Source: Octopus sinensis
Lineage: Eukaryota
Direction: 5' to 3'
Assembly (NCBI RefSeq): GCF_006345805.1
Contig: NC_043008.1
Location: forward strand, 59,954,001-60,018,000
DNA length: 64,000 nucleotides
Positions 27,910 to 39,380 of this stretch are shown piece after piece (the first letter of the stretch is position 1; every line of letters begins with the position of its first letter). Below the pieces are notes generated by a model, which was given only the letters and a program-made list of their open reading frames with translations, searched no databases and was not told the DNA's origin. The translations under genes were made by a program, and so were the position numbers.

Positions 27910-28147
27910 ATTTTTTATTTTTTGCTTGTTTCGGTGGCTGGATACTAGCTATGCTGGGGACACCACTTTGAAGGGTCTTAGTCGAAAAAATCGCCCCTAG
28001 TGCTTATTTTTAAACCTAGGGATGATTCTATCGATCGTCTTTGCCAAAACGCTAAGAGGTGGCAGTGTGGAAGTGATAAACACACATACACACCTACATG
28101 CACACACACAGACGTACAGACATATATATATATATATATATATATAT

Positions 28148-28199
<52 letters not shown>

Positions 28200-28355
28200 T
28201 GGGTTTACGCAGTTTCTGCCTACGAAATTCATAGGTCAGTTCAGTCTGGGTGTATAGTCGGACACATTTGCCCAAAACTGCCATGCAGTGGGACTGAACC
28301 ACGAAACCATGTGGTCGCAGAGCAAACTTCTTAACCTCACAGCCACACTTGCACC
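27910..28355 (-). mobile_element. SINE family A (diverged, expanded internal TA tract)
   Basis: catgcagtgggactgaacc and cagtttctgcctacgaaattca motifs. Confidence 0.7.
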
Positions 28356-29258
28356 TAAAATATGGATAAATAGATTTAATTTCTTGATTTTTAATGGCGA
28401 AAAAAAATATTTTTGAGTAGACGGGAGCGACAATATTTAGTTATATTGCTCCTCACTATTCACGTTAACAGTGAACTGTGAAACTCAAAGAGATTTGGAC
28501 TCAGATTCAAAATGGCTATTACAACATTCAGCAAACGTTTTCTTCTGTTGCTCCAGTGATTCTGCCATTCTATCTCCATCTTGTTCTAGAGACCAAAATT
28601 GACAAATCCGTTAAAAGTTTGTAAAGCACACTCACAAGCACACACTATCTTTTTCTCCTGAGAATAATTTTGACCATAGTTATGCTTGATCAGAGCTGAC
28701 CTGGGACTAAACAATAAAAGTAAGAACAAGAACTGTGAAAGTTGACCTCGTCTGATTTTGAAATCAAAACAAAGGCTTAGCGTTCTAACTAAATATGACA
28801 ACGCTTTGTCCAATGCTCAACAATGATTGCCACTTCGTTCTACTTCTCTACATATTTCTATTACCTAACGGATCTCAGACTATTTAATCTCTGTAATGTA
28901 TTGTAAAACTATGCGTGCTGAAAATAAAAAAAAAAACGAAAATGATTAAACTGTTGTTGTCGTCCATTTTGTTATTCTTTCTTGCACATCAAAGAGTTAT
29001 CTTCATTCTTAGATTGAATTACTTTCCACAGAACAAAGAATGATAAATAAGTGTTTTATTGTAAAATAGTCTTCAAGGCTTTAATAATAGACAACGTCGG
29101 TAGAATTTATTGCAAATACTTATATAGTACACAGTGTCACTTTCCTTTTCCGAGTGCAAAGAATTCTTTACTAAGTAATTCCATAATGCTTTTAATATTC
29201 ATTTTGCAAAATAAATTGATTTAAAGAATATTGTCAAAAAAAAGAAATATATATATAT

Positions 29259-29300
<42 letters not shown>

Positions 29301-29365
29301 CATACATAGCAACAAATAAAATTTAGTAAAGAAAAATATGATTGCTAAATCTTCGCAGGAGAGAC

Positions 29366-29423
<58 letters not shown>

Positions 29424-30049
29424 CATATAGGCATATGTATTAAACATCTATTTTAGATGATGAAAGATTATTAGGAAATAACCAATATTCACAGAAAATA
29501 TCAATTAATCTAGGCAAACTGAAATAATTCTTCAACATCGATAAAATATTCTTTCCATTAGACTTATGCTATTAACTTATTTCTAATAAGTTTAAATGGA
29601 GACATTCCGTTTTGTGTGTTTTGCCTCGAAACCGTTTTACATTTACAGCTATTTTGTGAGAGACATTTTCAAAAAATGGAACATATTAATATATCTTCGT
29701 AATTCAATCATTGTTGCACTAGTTTCAATTAGTAAATCGCTAATGCCTTTTCTTTATAAGTAATTTACAAGAAATATAATTGTGTTCTTTTCATAGCAAG
29801 ATTTTAAAGAATTTGTTTGATACATGTTTAGAAAAGACGATGTCTGATGACTTAGAAGTTCATATCCCACATAGGAAGTGTCATTCGTGAACAGCCTAAG
29901 TAATTAATTCAAGACTGAATAATGTGACTAGAGCTTCAGGTTAGCTCTGGTCAAGTAAACCTGAACAGAGTTTATGTAACGCTTTTATTGGTTTCAGTCA
30001 TTGAAGTACTGCCATACAAGGACGCCATTTTATTTTTTTTCAGTAGATT

Positions 30050-30310
30050 CATCATCATCATCATCATCATCGTTTAACGTCCGTTCTCCATGCTAGCATA
30101 GGTTGGACAGTTCAACCGGGGATCTGGGAAGCCAGAAGGCTGCACCAGGCTCCGGTCTTATCTGGCAATGTTTCTACAGCTGGATGCCCTTCCTAACGCC
30201 AACCAATCCGTGAGTGTAGTGGGTGCTTTTTACGTGCCACCTGCACTGGTGCCAGGCGAGGCTGGCATCGGCCACGGTCGGATTGGTGCATTTTACGTGC
30301 CACCTGCATT
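30050..30310 (-). mobile_element. RTE-clade LINE/SINE 3' end with (GAT)n tail
   Basis: Plus strand: (CAT)n followed by cgtttaacgtccg...ctggatgcccttcctaacgccaacc, with a duplicated acgtgccacctgca motif. Confidence 0.65.
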
Positions 30311-31089
30311 AGAAGATGTAATTAAGAAAGACTTTGAGGCTGATGGACTAGCACCAAACATAGCACTCAATCCTTTCTGTGGCATGAAACATGAGGACTG
30401 CATTGTTTGGGCAAAGGTGCATCTTTTAGACGCAAAATCCATTTGATGAATCGGATGTCAGGGATGTGATAAGGTAACAAAGTCACTTTGAGCAGTTGCT
30501 TCTCAAAGGTGTACGTTCGTGCCTATATCAACAGTCTACCCACAGATCCTATAAAATTGGCTAAATCTGTATGGTCTCAGCTGGCAGAATCGTTAGCACG
30601 CCAGGCGAAATGCTTAGTGGTATTTCGTCTGCCGTTACGTTCTGAGTTCAAATTCCGCCGAGGTCGACTTTGCTTTCATCCTTTCGGGGTCGATAAATTA
30701 AGTACCAGTTACGCACTGGGGTCGATGTAATCGACTTAATCCGTTTGTCTGTCCTTGTTTGTACACTCTATGATTAGCTCCTTGTGGGCAATAAAGAAAT
30801 AGGTCTCAGATGCAAAATAATTTCAATGAACTGAGTGGAAGGGACATGATAGAGTAAAAAAATCAATTTGATCGGCTGTTTAATGATGGCAAAAACCAGA
30901 GGCGATTTACGTTAATGCCTCTCTCAACGGCCCACTCGTAGAGCATTCAAAATCAGCTAAAATACATTTATTGATGCATGTGCGAATGACAAATCACATG
31001 GTTTGCATGGCTTATTTTAAAAGCTTTATGGATGCACATCAAAGTATTTGCAGTAAATTTATAAACGCATACAGGAATAGTATAAATTG

Positions 31090-31481
31090 GATGGATGGAA
31101 GCACTCCGTCGGTAACGACGATGAGGGTTCCGGTTGATCCGAATCAACGGAACAGCCTGCTCGTGAAATTAACGTGTAAGTGGCTGAGCACTCCACAGAC
31201 ACGTGCACACTTAACGTAGTTCTCGGGGATATCCAGCGTGACACAGAGAGTGACAAGGCCGGCCCCTTGAAATACAGGTACAACAGAAACAGGAAGTAAG
31301 AGTGAGAGAAAGTTGTGGTGAAAGAGTACAGCAGGGATCACCACCATCCCCTGCCGGAGAATCGTGGAGCTTTTAGGTGTTTTCGCTCAATAAACACTCA
31401 CAACGCCCGGTCTGGGAATCGAAACCGCGATCCTATGACCGCGAGTCCGCTGCCCTAACCACTGGGCCATTGCGCCTCCAC
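31090..31481 (-). mobile_element. tRNA-derived SINE family C with target-site duplication
   Basis: Minus-strand head tggaggcgcaatggcccagtggttagggcagcggactcgcgg...gtttcgattccc, (TCCA)n tail, and TSD agtataaattg. It lies ~80 nt into the intron after the Ig1 exon. Confidence 0.88.
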
Positions 31482-31512
31482 AGTATAAATTGAGAGACAT
31501 GGTAAAGAGGTA

Positions 31513-31543
<31 letters not shown>

Positions 31544-31562
31544 TAAACACAAACTAACTTAC

Positions 31563-31773
31563 CAATTACTAAAAGATAAACATGTTTTCTGATCGTGTCT
31601 TTAGAACTGACTTGGCATTCATATACACCGTTGTGTTTGCACTGAACATTTTTGATTTGGAGGTTCCATTCGTGTGCAGAAGGTACTCTGTGAACACTGT
31701 ACGTACTGTCTTCAACATAAAGCTCTTCTGATACCGTAAGCGGGTTCGGATCGGAGGCTTTCCGCCATATAAC
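31563..31773 (-). CDS. Exon encoding the C-terminal part of Ig domain 1 of a Dpr/ZIG-8-like two-Ig protein (phase 0 to phase 1)
   Basis: Not in the ORF track; translated by hand as VIWRKASDPNPLTVSEELYVEDSTYSVHRVPSAHEWNLQIKNVQCKHNGVYECQVSSKDTIRKHVYLLVI+G, 211 nt with no stop. Acceptor ttttcttttgttttctatag|GTT and donor ATTG|gtaagt. It has the Ig C-strand Trp, the WNLQIK motif and GxYECQVS, typical of Dpr/ZIG-8/IgLON-like first domains. Confidence 0.93.
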
Positions 31774-31874
31774 CTATAGAAAACAAAAGAAAATTAATAA
31801 TTAATATTTTTATATCCTTCTAATATCCCCTCCAAATCATACCCTTATGACAAATAATATCATCGTCTTCATCT

Positions 31875-31877
<3 letters not shown>

Positions 31878-31917
<40 letters not shown>

Positions 31918-31931
31918 CATTATTATTATTA

Positions 31932-31965
<34 letters not shown>

Positions 31966-31988
31966 CATTATTATCATTATTATTATTA

Positions 31989-32024
<36 letters not shown>

Positions 32025-32120
32025 ATAATATAATAATAATAATAATAATAATATAATAATAATAATGATAATAATAATAATAATAATAATACAAATAATA
32101 ATAATAATGATAACAATAAT
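31878..32120. repeat. Back-to-back (ATT)n/(AAT)n inverted microsatellite
   Basis: (ATT)n at 31878-32020 is immediately followed by (AAT)n at 32021-32120. Confidence 0.92.
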
Positions 32121-32509
32121 AGGCACACACCAGAAAAGGTCACAGAAAACGAGAAAGCAACCATACTCGCTGATATGCCAATACACACAGATAGAGAAAT
32201 TATGGACAATAGGCCAGATATAGTTGTCAGAGATGCAAGAAAAGAATGCTTTTTAATTGATGTATCAATACCAGCAGATGACAACGTTTCTCTAAAAGAA
32301 ATGGAGAAACTTTCAAAATACAAAGACCTGGAAATAGAGGTAACTCGAGTGTGGAATCTAAAAACAGAAACAATTCGTATCATAGTGGGCGCATTAGGTA
32401 TGATATAAAAATATTCAGTCAAATACATAACAAATCACTAGAACTTACAAATATATTTAACATACAGAAAATTGCACTACTGGGCACTGCACACATCCTA
32501 CGGAAAACA
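32121..32509 (+). mobile_element. R4/Dong-clade non-LTR retrotransposon, restriction-like endonuclease C-terminal fragment (decayed)
   Basis: RHTPEKVTENEKATIL.DMPIHTDREI..NRPDIVV....KECFLIDVSIP.D.NV..KE.EKL.KY.DL...GALG...IQKIALLGTAHILRK, with the PD-(D/E)xK signature, an in-frame stop at 32406-32408 and a frameshift. It abuts (AAT)n. Confidence 0.88.
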
Positions 32510-32789
32510 CACACACACATACACAAACACACACCTGCGCGCACACATATACACACACACATATACACACGTGTGTGTATATATATATATGACCGACGGG
32601 CTTCTTTCAGTATCCGTCTATCAAATACACTTACAAGGCTTTGGTCGGTCGGGAGTGAGGTGTGGTGCATAGTAGAAGACACCCAAGGTGCCATGTAGAG
32701 AGACTTAAACTGGAACCAAGCTTCCTATCACACAATCATGACTTCGCCTATATCCGCCCCGGCGCCTATATATGATATATATATATGAT

Positions 32790-33179
32790 ATATATATATA
32801 TAAAGCTGAAGTTGTCTGTGTATGGCAGGTTTTGTAGCCTTCAACTAACACTATCTCCTCCGAGACACTCCGGGGAAAGTTGATCAAAATTGAGAGTATG
32901 AAAGAAGAGGGCTGGCTCTTCATTCCGTAAAAGAAAATTTCAAATCGGACCTTGTTAAAACCTAAAACTATATACATAAAAAGGTGCTTTTTTTTCTATG
33001 AAAATCCCTATTTTACGATTTTTTGACCGCTGTGTCGCCATTTTTCGGTGTATTTCAACCAGAAAAATGTTCACTTAAAGAAAATAGCAAGCTACATAAT
33101 GCAAAAGTTTTACTTTTCAAAAATTCCAATTCTAAAGGGTCGAAACAAACCCGAGCAACACCGGGCTATACTGCTAGTA
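32790..33179 (-). mobile_element. Non-autonomous Helitron-like element, copy 2
   Basis: Reverse complement of 14178-14535 over most of its length. Confidence 0.6.
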
Positions 33180-33771
33180 TATAATAAATATATATGCACT
33201 TCCCCCCACACACACAGGAACACAATAGTCTCCAGTAAAGTTTCTGCCTACAAAATTCCATTCACAGAGCATTGGTCAAACGTAAATCTCTATGGTTACG
33301 AAGGGAATTACTGAACCATATAGCATTGCCAACACCTATACGTATCTATAGTTTTTGCGATTAAGTGAGGATTTAAGACTTCAAATGCGCATGACACGTT
33401 TGAAAGCGAAAGTAAATGCGCCTATCTCACTCTCTTCTCCTTCTACCTTGTCTCTCTCTCTTTCTATGTATATATATATATATAAAATATAAATGTATGT
33501 ATGTACATGTATATATAAATATATTTATACGTGTATTTATATGTGTACTCACACATAGATATATATGCATATATGCAGAGATATTTTAGAACTTACACAC
33601 ACACACATACGCACACGCACACACACACATACATATATGAAGGAATAAATTTCAAATTTATAAGTGGAATATTCAGATCTAGGCTACATATGTAGATTGC
33701 ATTGGTAAGCTTCATTCAAGCAGAAGAGATTGTGAAGCTGAACTGTAGAAATCTGAGGCAAAAAGAAATGA

Positions 33772-33827
<56 letters not shown>

Positions 33828-34231
33828 TCTTATTGTTGTTGTTATTGTGAGATATGTGAAATAGACGTGATTGAACAATTGCTTCTGTGCTAAGTGTAGT
33901 TTTAAGCCGAATAAAGTACATTTACAGATAAAATATAGACTGGAAACTAACGATTGGGTGATAAATTTTGCAGTAATGCATTGTCGAAGGAAGCTACAAA
34001 ATATCATACACAGACACACAGACACATACACAGGCAAAAAAAAAATGGTCTCACTCACGACGTGTCTTGCTGTCTCTCTCTTGCACTCTCTCTTTTCCCC
34101 TCTCCTTAAATATATATATGCACATACGCATATATATATATATATATACACCTACACAACAATGTGTGTGTACCAACATGTATATGTATATATGTATGTA
34201 TATATATATATAAATATATATTAATCAAGCG

Positions 34232-34468
34232 TACAGTATTATATATCCATTACAGCCGATCTTACCAATCGGTTTCGCACTCGGTATTTAACGGAGTGTT
34301 AAACGACAGTCCAATCATGTAACCCTGCGCTCATCAGAGATCACTATATTTAATTCCATAACGACTACCTCTGATGGGTTACATAATTGGACGGTTACCA
34401 AAAATCCTTTGAACCCCTAGTGTCAAACCGATTTGTAAGATCGGCCGTAATGGTTATATAACACTGTA
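34232..34468. mobile_element. Foldback (palindromic) element with TA|CAGT...ACTG|TA ends and hammerhead-like arms
   Basis: Nested inverted repeats: 34247-34275/34425-34453 (2 mismatches in 29), 34310-34325/34376-34391 and 34332-34339/34369-34376. Confidence 0.8.
34258..34342 (-). ncRNA. Type I hammerhead ribozyme, intact core
   Basis: Minus strand: GATCT-CTGATGA-GCGC[46 nt]GTGC-GAAA-CCGATTG-GTA-AGATC. Stem I is 5 bp, stem II is 4 bp, stem III is a near-palindrome (ACCGATTGGT), and the cleavage triplet is GUA. Confidence 0.8.
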
Positions 34469-34560
34469 CACTTCGATTAATACACCCACTTTATTGACAG
34501 ATATACGAGTGCTTTTTTTCCTAATCTACGGACTCTTAAACGGCTTACATATATATATAT

Positions 34561-35740
34561 ATATAAGAAAAATAAAAACGGAAAATACGCACACTTAGAT
34601 TGTTGTAGTATAATTTTTAATGTATCGACCGGTTTCGCAATCGCTATTCATGATACAATGTTTAATTTATATGAAAATAAACTTTTTTTAAGAAGAAAAT
34701 GGGTCCATGTTGTTTATAATGAGATTCACGAGTGAATGATTTTACAAGTTGACAGGTAAAGGGAGGTAATTGGTTATTATTATTGTTATTGTTGTCTGTA
34801 ACCCCAGAAATAGTGAGGCATTCAACACTATTGTGCAAACTCTCCCTTTACTAACTAGAGATCCAAAAATGAACGACATCCTGAAAACACACAAACTCAT
34901 CAAATGCAATAAACAAGACAAATTGCTAAAGAGACTACTAACAAATGCGAAGCTTTACAAAACAACCACGAAACCAACGGTTAAAAAATGTGGACGCCCG
35001 AACTGTGGAACCTGCCCCCACCTGCTTGAAGGACAGAGGTTCACAATTAAAACTAGTTTCATCTGTGCCTCTGAGAACCTAATTTATGTAATAACCTGCT
35101 CGGGTTGCAGTCATCAGTACATTGGACAAACGAGTTTAATTTTGAGGAAGAGAATTACTCTGCATAAGGAGCAAATCCGTTTCCCGCAATACAGACAAAT
35201 CCCTCTTAGTGAACACATAGAAAAATGTGAAGGTAACATCAAACCAAATTTTACAGTCTTCCCTTTCTACCAGTGCAAAGACACAATCTCTCAACTAGAA
35301 CGCTTAAATAAAGAAACTTTTTTCATTGAAAAATACAAAACGAGTCTGAATAAGCACGCATAACCAATTTATATATTTTTACATATTACATCACTGTACA
35401 TAAATCCCCTACTAAACAAGGCCCCCCCTTTTTTTTAAACCTGTCTCCTTTCTGTACACATATTTTTTCCCCACCCAAAAGCTAAACAGTTATCTCCCTT
35501 ACAGACAACAATAACAATAATAACAACCAATTACCTCCCTTTACTTGTCAACTTGTAAAATCATTCACTCGTGAATCTCATTATAAACAACATGGACCCA
35601 TTTTCTTCTTAAGAAAAAATATATTTTCATATAAATTAAACATTGTATCATGAATAGCGATTGCGAAACCGGTCGATACATTAAAAATTATACTATAACC
35701 ATGTAAGTGTGCGTATTTTCCGTTTTTATTTTTCTTATAT
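34561..35740 (+). repeat. ~240-bp inverted terminal repeats (pLTR-like) flanking the PLE endonuclease
   Basis: 34561-34801 is the near-exact reverse complement of 35499-35740, e.g. tgtatcgaccggtttcgcaatcgctattcatgatacaatg versus cattgtatcatgaatagcgattgcgaaaccggtcgataca. Confidence 0.92.
34802..35363 (+). mobile_element. Penelope-like element (PLE) GIY-YIG endonuclease region, 5'-truncated, RT absent
   Basis: ORF 34770..35363 contains CGRPNCGTC...H, NLIYVITC..C...YIGQT, LRKRITLH and ERLNKETFFI: GIY-YIG motifs with the PLE Cys/His linker. Confidence 0.9.
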
Positions 35741-35793
35741 ACATTACAATCCACCACGTGGGGACAACCGAAATTCCTCTTTTCTGTTACTAT

Positions 35794-35830
<37 letters not shown>

Positions 35831-38105
35831 CATATATATATATATCTATATACACACATATATATATCTACATAATATATATACATGCATACAGATATAT
35901 ATACATATATATACATACATATATATACATATATATACATATATATATGTATACATATATATATATATACTTACACATATATATACATACATATATATAC
36001 ATATATATATACTTACACATATATATACATATGCATATATATGTATATATATATACTTATATATTGCACACACACATTGTATATCTACACTTACACACAC
36101 ACACACATATATATATAGATATACATATAGATGCATGTATGCATGTATATGTATATGCACACATATACACGTACATTTATGTGTGTGTGCGTACGTGTTT
36201 GTGCATGTACGTGCGCTCGCATGTATGTGTGTGAATGAAGAATAGTGTATGTGTTAAGTGAGACAGAATGTGAATTTGTGAATGTTTATCTAAATAAATA
36301 TTCATGGATATATACAACAGATAGTTCCATTCCCAATATACGCATCCATGTATGTGTATACAGTGATACACTTTCACGCACAACGCACACATACTTCCTC
36401 ACATACATGCATATATGCGCCAAGCCTAAACAATAATTTCAGGCATGGTCAGTAACCTCTAGTCACGCAAGGTCAAACTGCTGCTTCTTGGACACAATTG
36501 CGTCGATTAAATAAATGTTTATCCTAATGTATATTTACATACGTATACAAACACACATATTCACATACATATTTCTTGGCAAATAGACATACCCACACGA
36601 ACATTTGAATACTGGCATAATAATGTTTGTTCATTCGTATTAAAAACATAGTCTGTATACAAACAATTACTTTATGGCAGTCACATATTAACCACTTAAA
36701 AACACTCACAGAACTGCTACAATGATTTTTATAGTAGTTCTTAAAGTACATTCTATCATGTGGTTTAAAAGTATATACACTATATTACAGATTGAATTGC
36801 AATATTATAGATTAAACCGTGTGGAAAGGTTTCGTCGCAATTCTGTGTCCAGGTCAATGAGAACATCACCACTGTAGCTCATATTTCATGTTTGAAAAGT
36901 ATGCAGCGAAAATTGTTTGTGTGAATATGCACGTCAGGGGTTCACAAACCGAATGCAAATTGACTGGTAGTGACGACTAAGAAATCCGATAATTTCATGT
37001 AAACAATCTATATAGCATAATCGGTCTACACAATATCCTCATTCATTATTTTTTAACGTCCGTATTTCCATACTCGCATGGATCAGACGCCTACAAAACG
37101 ACGCCTTTCCTATTCTCAACTCTTACTTGTTTGTAAACAATGTAATAATTTTCATGGTCAAACGTTTTTCAATGGAAGGCTTATAACGAACGACATCGCT
37201 TGTATGACAGTGAAGATCGTTTACAACTATCTTATGATGTTAAAAAAGGGCATAAAAACTCCATGAGCTTCTGTCAGTTTCTGTCTACTAAAATCACTCC
37301 CACGGCTTTGTTTGACTCGGATTTATTGTAGAAAATCCTTGCTCAAATTACAGGGCAATGGTTGGAAAGCATGCATTTTAACCACACAGCCACATCTGTG
37401 TATATAGTTTATATAATATAAACCTCCTACACATTTTATATCAGATGAAAACAATCACTTTTACGGGTAAACATGACAGCCGTTGATGCATGAAATGAGA
37501 TTTACGATTAGATATTTCACAATCTTTAAATTTGTTTTGCTGCATCTGTTCGTGAAAATATGACGAAAATAAAGCATCGATAGACCCACGTTGTTGCCTG
37601 AGTTCTTCTTGGCAAGCATCCATCACCCTTTTATTGCCTTTGTATGGAAATTATGGCATGTCAATGTCGTAACTTCCGGTTAAATTAGATTCATAATTTT
37701 TAAAATCCCCTAAACTTTATGTTAATCGAATTTTGATACTTTATAATAGATTGTGCTGTGACGAAATAAACGAAATGTAATTATAATGGCTTGTGTGTTT
37801 TAACCCTTTGAACCTTCTAGTAGGCGTTAGCGGATGCGCTTTCATTTGACTATACCCTTAGAAGACGCATAAGTGGGCAACCTCATGGCTTTGTGTTTAT
37901 GGCTAGCTAATTAGTAGAACAATCATTATTTTTCAGATGTAAAACTGTGTGCTCAAAACTATGTGGCCAACCTATTTTGCATCTTCTATGGGTTATAGTA
38001 AAATGAAACTCAACCTGCTAAGGCGTACTAAAGCATACTAGCGGATTCAAATGTTTAAATGACTTGAATATCCTTGGAATCATAGGGTCCAGGGTCTCAC
38101 TGAAT

Positions 38106-38494
38106 GGATGGAAGCGCTCCGTCGGTTACGACGATGAGGGTTCCGGTTGATCCGAATCAACGGAACAGCCTGCTCGTGAAATTAACGTGTAAGTGGCTGA
38201 GCACTCCACAGACAGGTGTACCCTTAACGTAGTTCTCGGGGATATTCAGCGTGACACAGAGAGTGACAAGGCCGGCTCTTTGAAATACAGGTACAACAGA
38301 AACAGGAAGTAAGAGTGAGAGAAAATTGTGGTGAAAGAGTACAGCAGGGATCACCACCATCTCCTGGCGGAGCCTCGTGGAGCTTTTAGGTGTTTTCGCT
38401 CAATAAACACTCACAACGCCCGGTCTGGGAATCGAAACCGCGATCCTATGACCGCGAGTCCGGTGCCCTAACCACTGGGCCATTGCGCCTCCAC
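38106..38494 (-). mobile_element. SINE family C
   Basis: Near-identical to 31090-31481; TSD tctcactgaat. Confidence 0.88.
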
Positions 38495-39033
38495 CTCTCA
38501 CTGAATAACATCTTGGGCAAATGCCATTTTCTGTAGTTTAAGGTCGACTCCTCACCTTGTGTGTATGGAGCTGCGTGGTTTATTGGTTTGGATGCAGGAC
38601 CCATGATCGTAAGATTGTGGTTTCGGTTTATGGACCAGGCAACGCGTTGTGTTTTAGAGCAAAGCACCTCGTTTCACGTTACTCCTGTCCACTCAGTTGG
38701 CAAAAATGAATAATCCTGTGACAGGCCGGCAACCTGTCCAGGTGAGGGAAATATATATATATATATGTCACGGAAACCGGGAAACTGGCCCTTGTGAGTC
38801 GACATGATTCGAGAAGGTAACTTTATCTTTACTTTTATCATACTTTGTGAGTGACTTTGGTTTGATGGAAACTGCATAGAAGCCCATTTGATGGAAGTGT
38901 GCCACTATGTCATGCTGAGAACTATGTTAAATGATATACATGTCTGCGAAATGCGCAGCAACTCACGTTGACTCAGGAACAATTGATCGTACATCTAAGA
39001 TCTCGTGGAACGACGAAGATTCATGACCACCAA

Positions 39034-39380
39034 TACAGTAATCCCTCGCCATATTGTGGTTCACCTATCGCAGTTTATTTATAAGCTTAGGTCGATTCCT
39101 CTGTGGTGTTGTTTTGTATTTATAATAAAATAAATATATACAAATTTTAAGAATAATAGTAAAAAAAATACAGTACAATACTGTTTCTACTTCGCGGATT
39201 ATTATTTAAGCTTAGGCCGATTCCTCCGTGGTGTTGTTTTGCATTTATAATAAAATAAATATATACAAATTTTAAAATAATAGAAAAAATACCGAACAAT
39301 ACTGTTTCTACTTCGCGGATTTTCACCTATCGCGGTGGGTTTTGGAATCTAACACCCGCGATAGTCGAGGGATTATTGTA
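39034..39380. mobile_element. pogo/Tigger-type MITE with a ~120-bp internal tandem duplication
   Basis: TA|CAGTAATCCCTCG ... CGAGGGATTATTG|TA termini. The internal unit aagcttagg.cgattcctc...ctacttcgcggatt occurs twice. Confidence 0.75.

Noticed and set aside
28440-28590. Possible 5' exon of the Ig gene (MEIEWQNHW...)
   Set aside because: It lies downstream of the Ig1 exon in gene orientation, has no convincing donor and no Ig or signal-peptide motif.
31100-31180. CGATGAG...CTCGTGAAA in the SINE C tail as a hammerhead
   Set aside because: Core spacing is wrong and stems I and III are absent; better explained as SINE 3' stem-loops.
31630-31632. Idea that A-to-I editing of AAC (Asn) to GAC (Asp) restores the Ig DxGxYxC motif
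   Set aside because: Alignment puts the canonical Asp at the preceding His (H-N-G-V-Y-E-C), not at Asn, so editing would not restore it.
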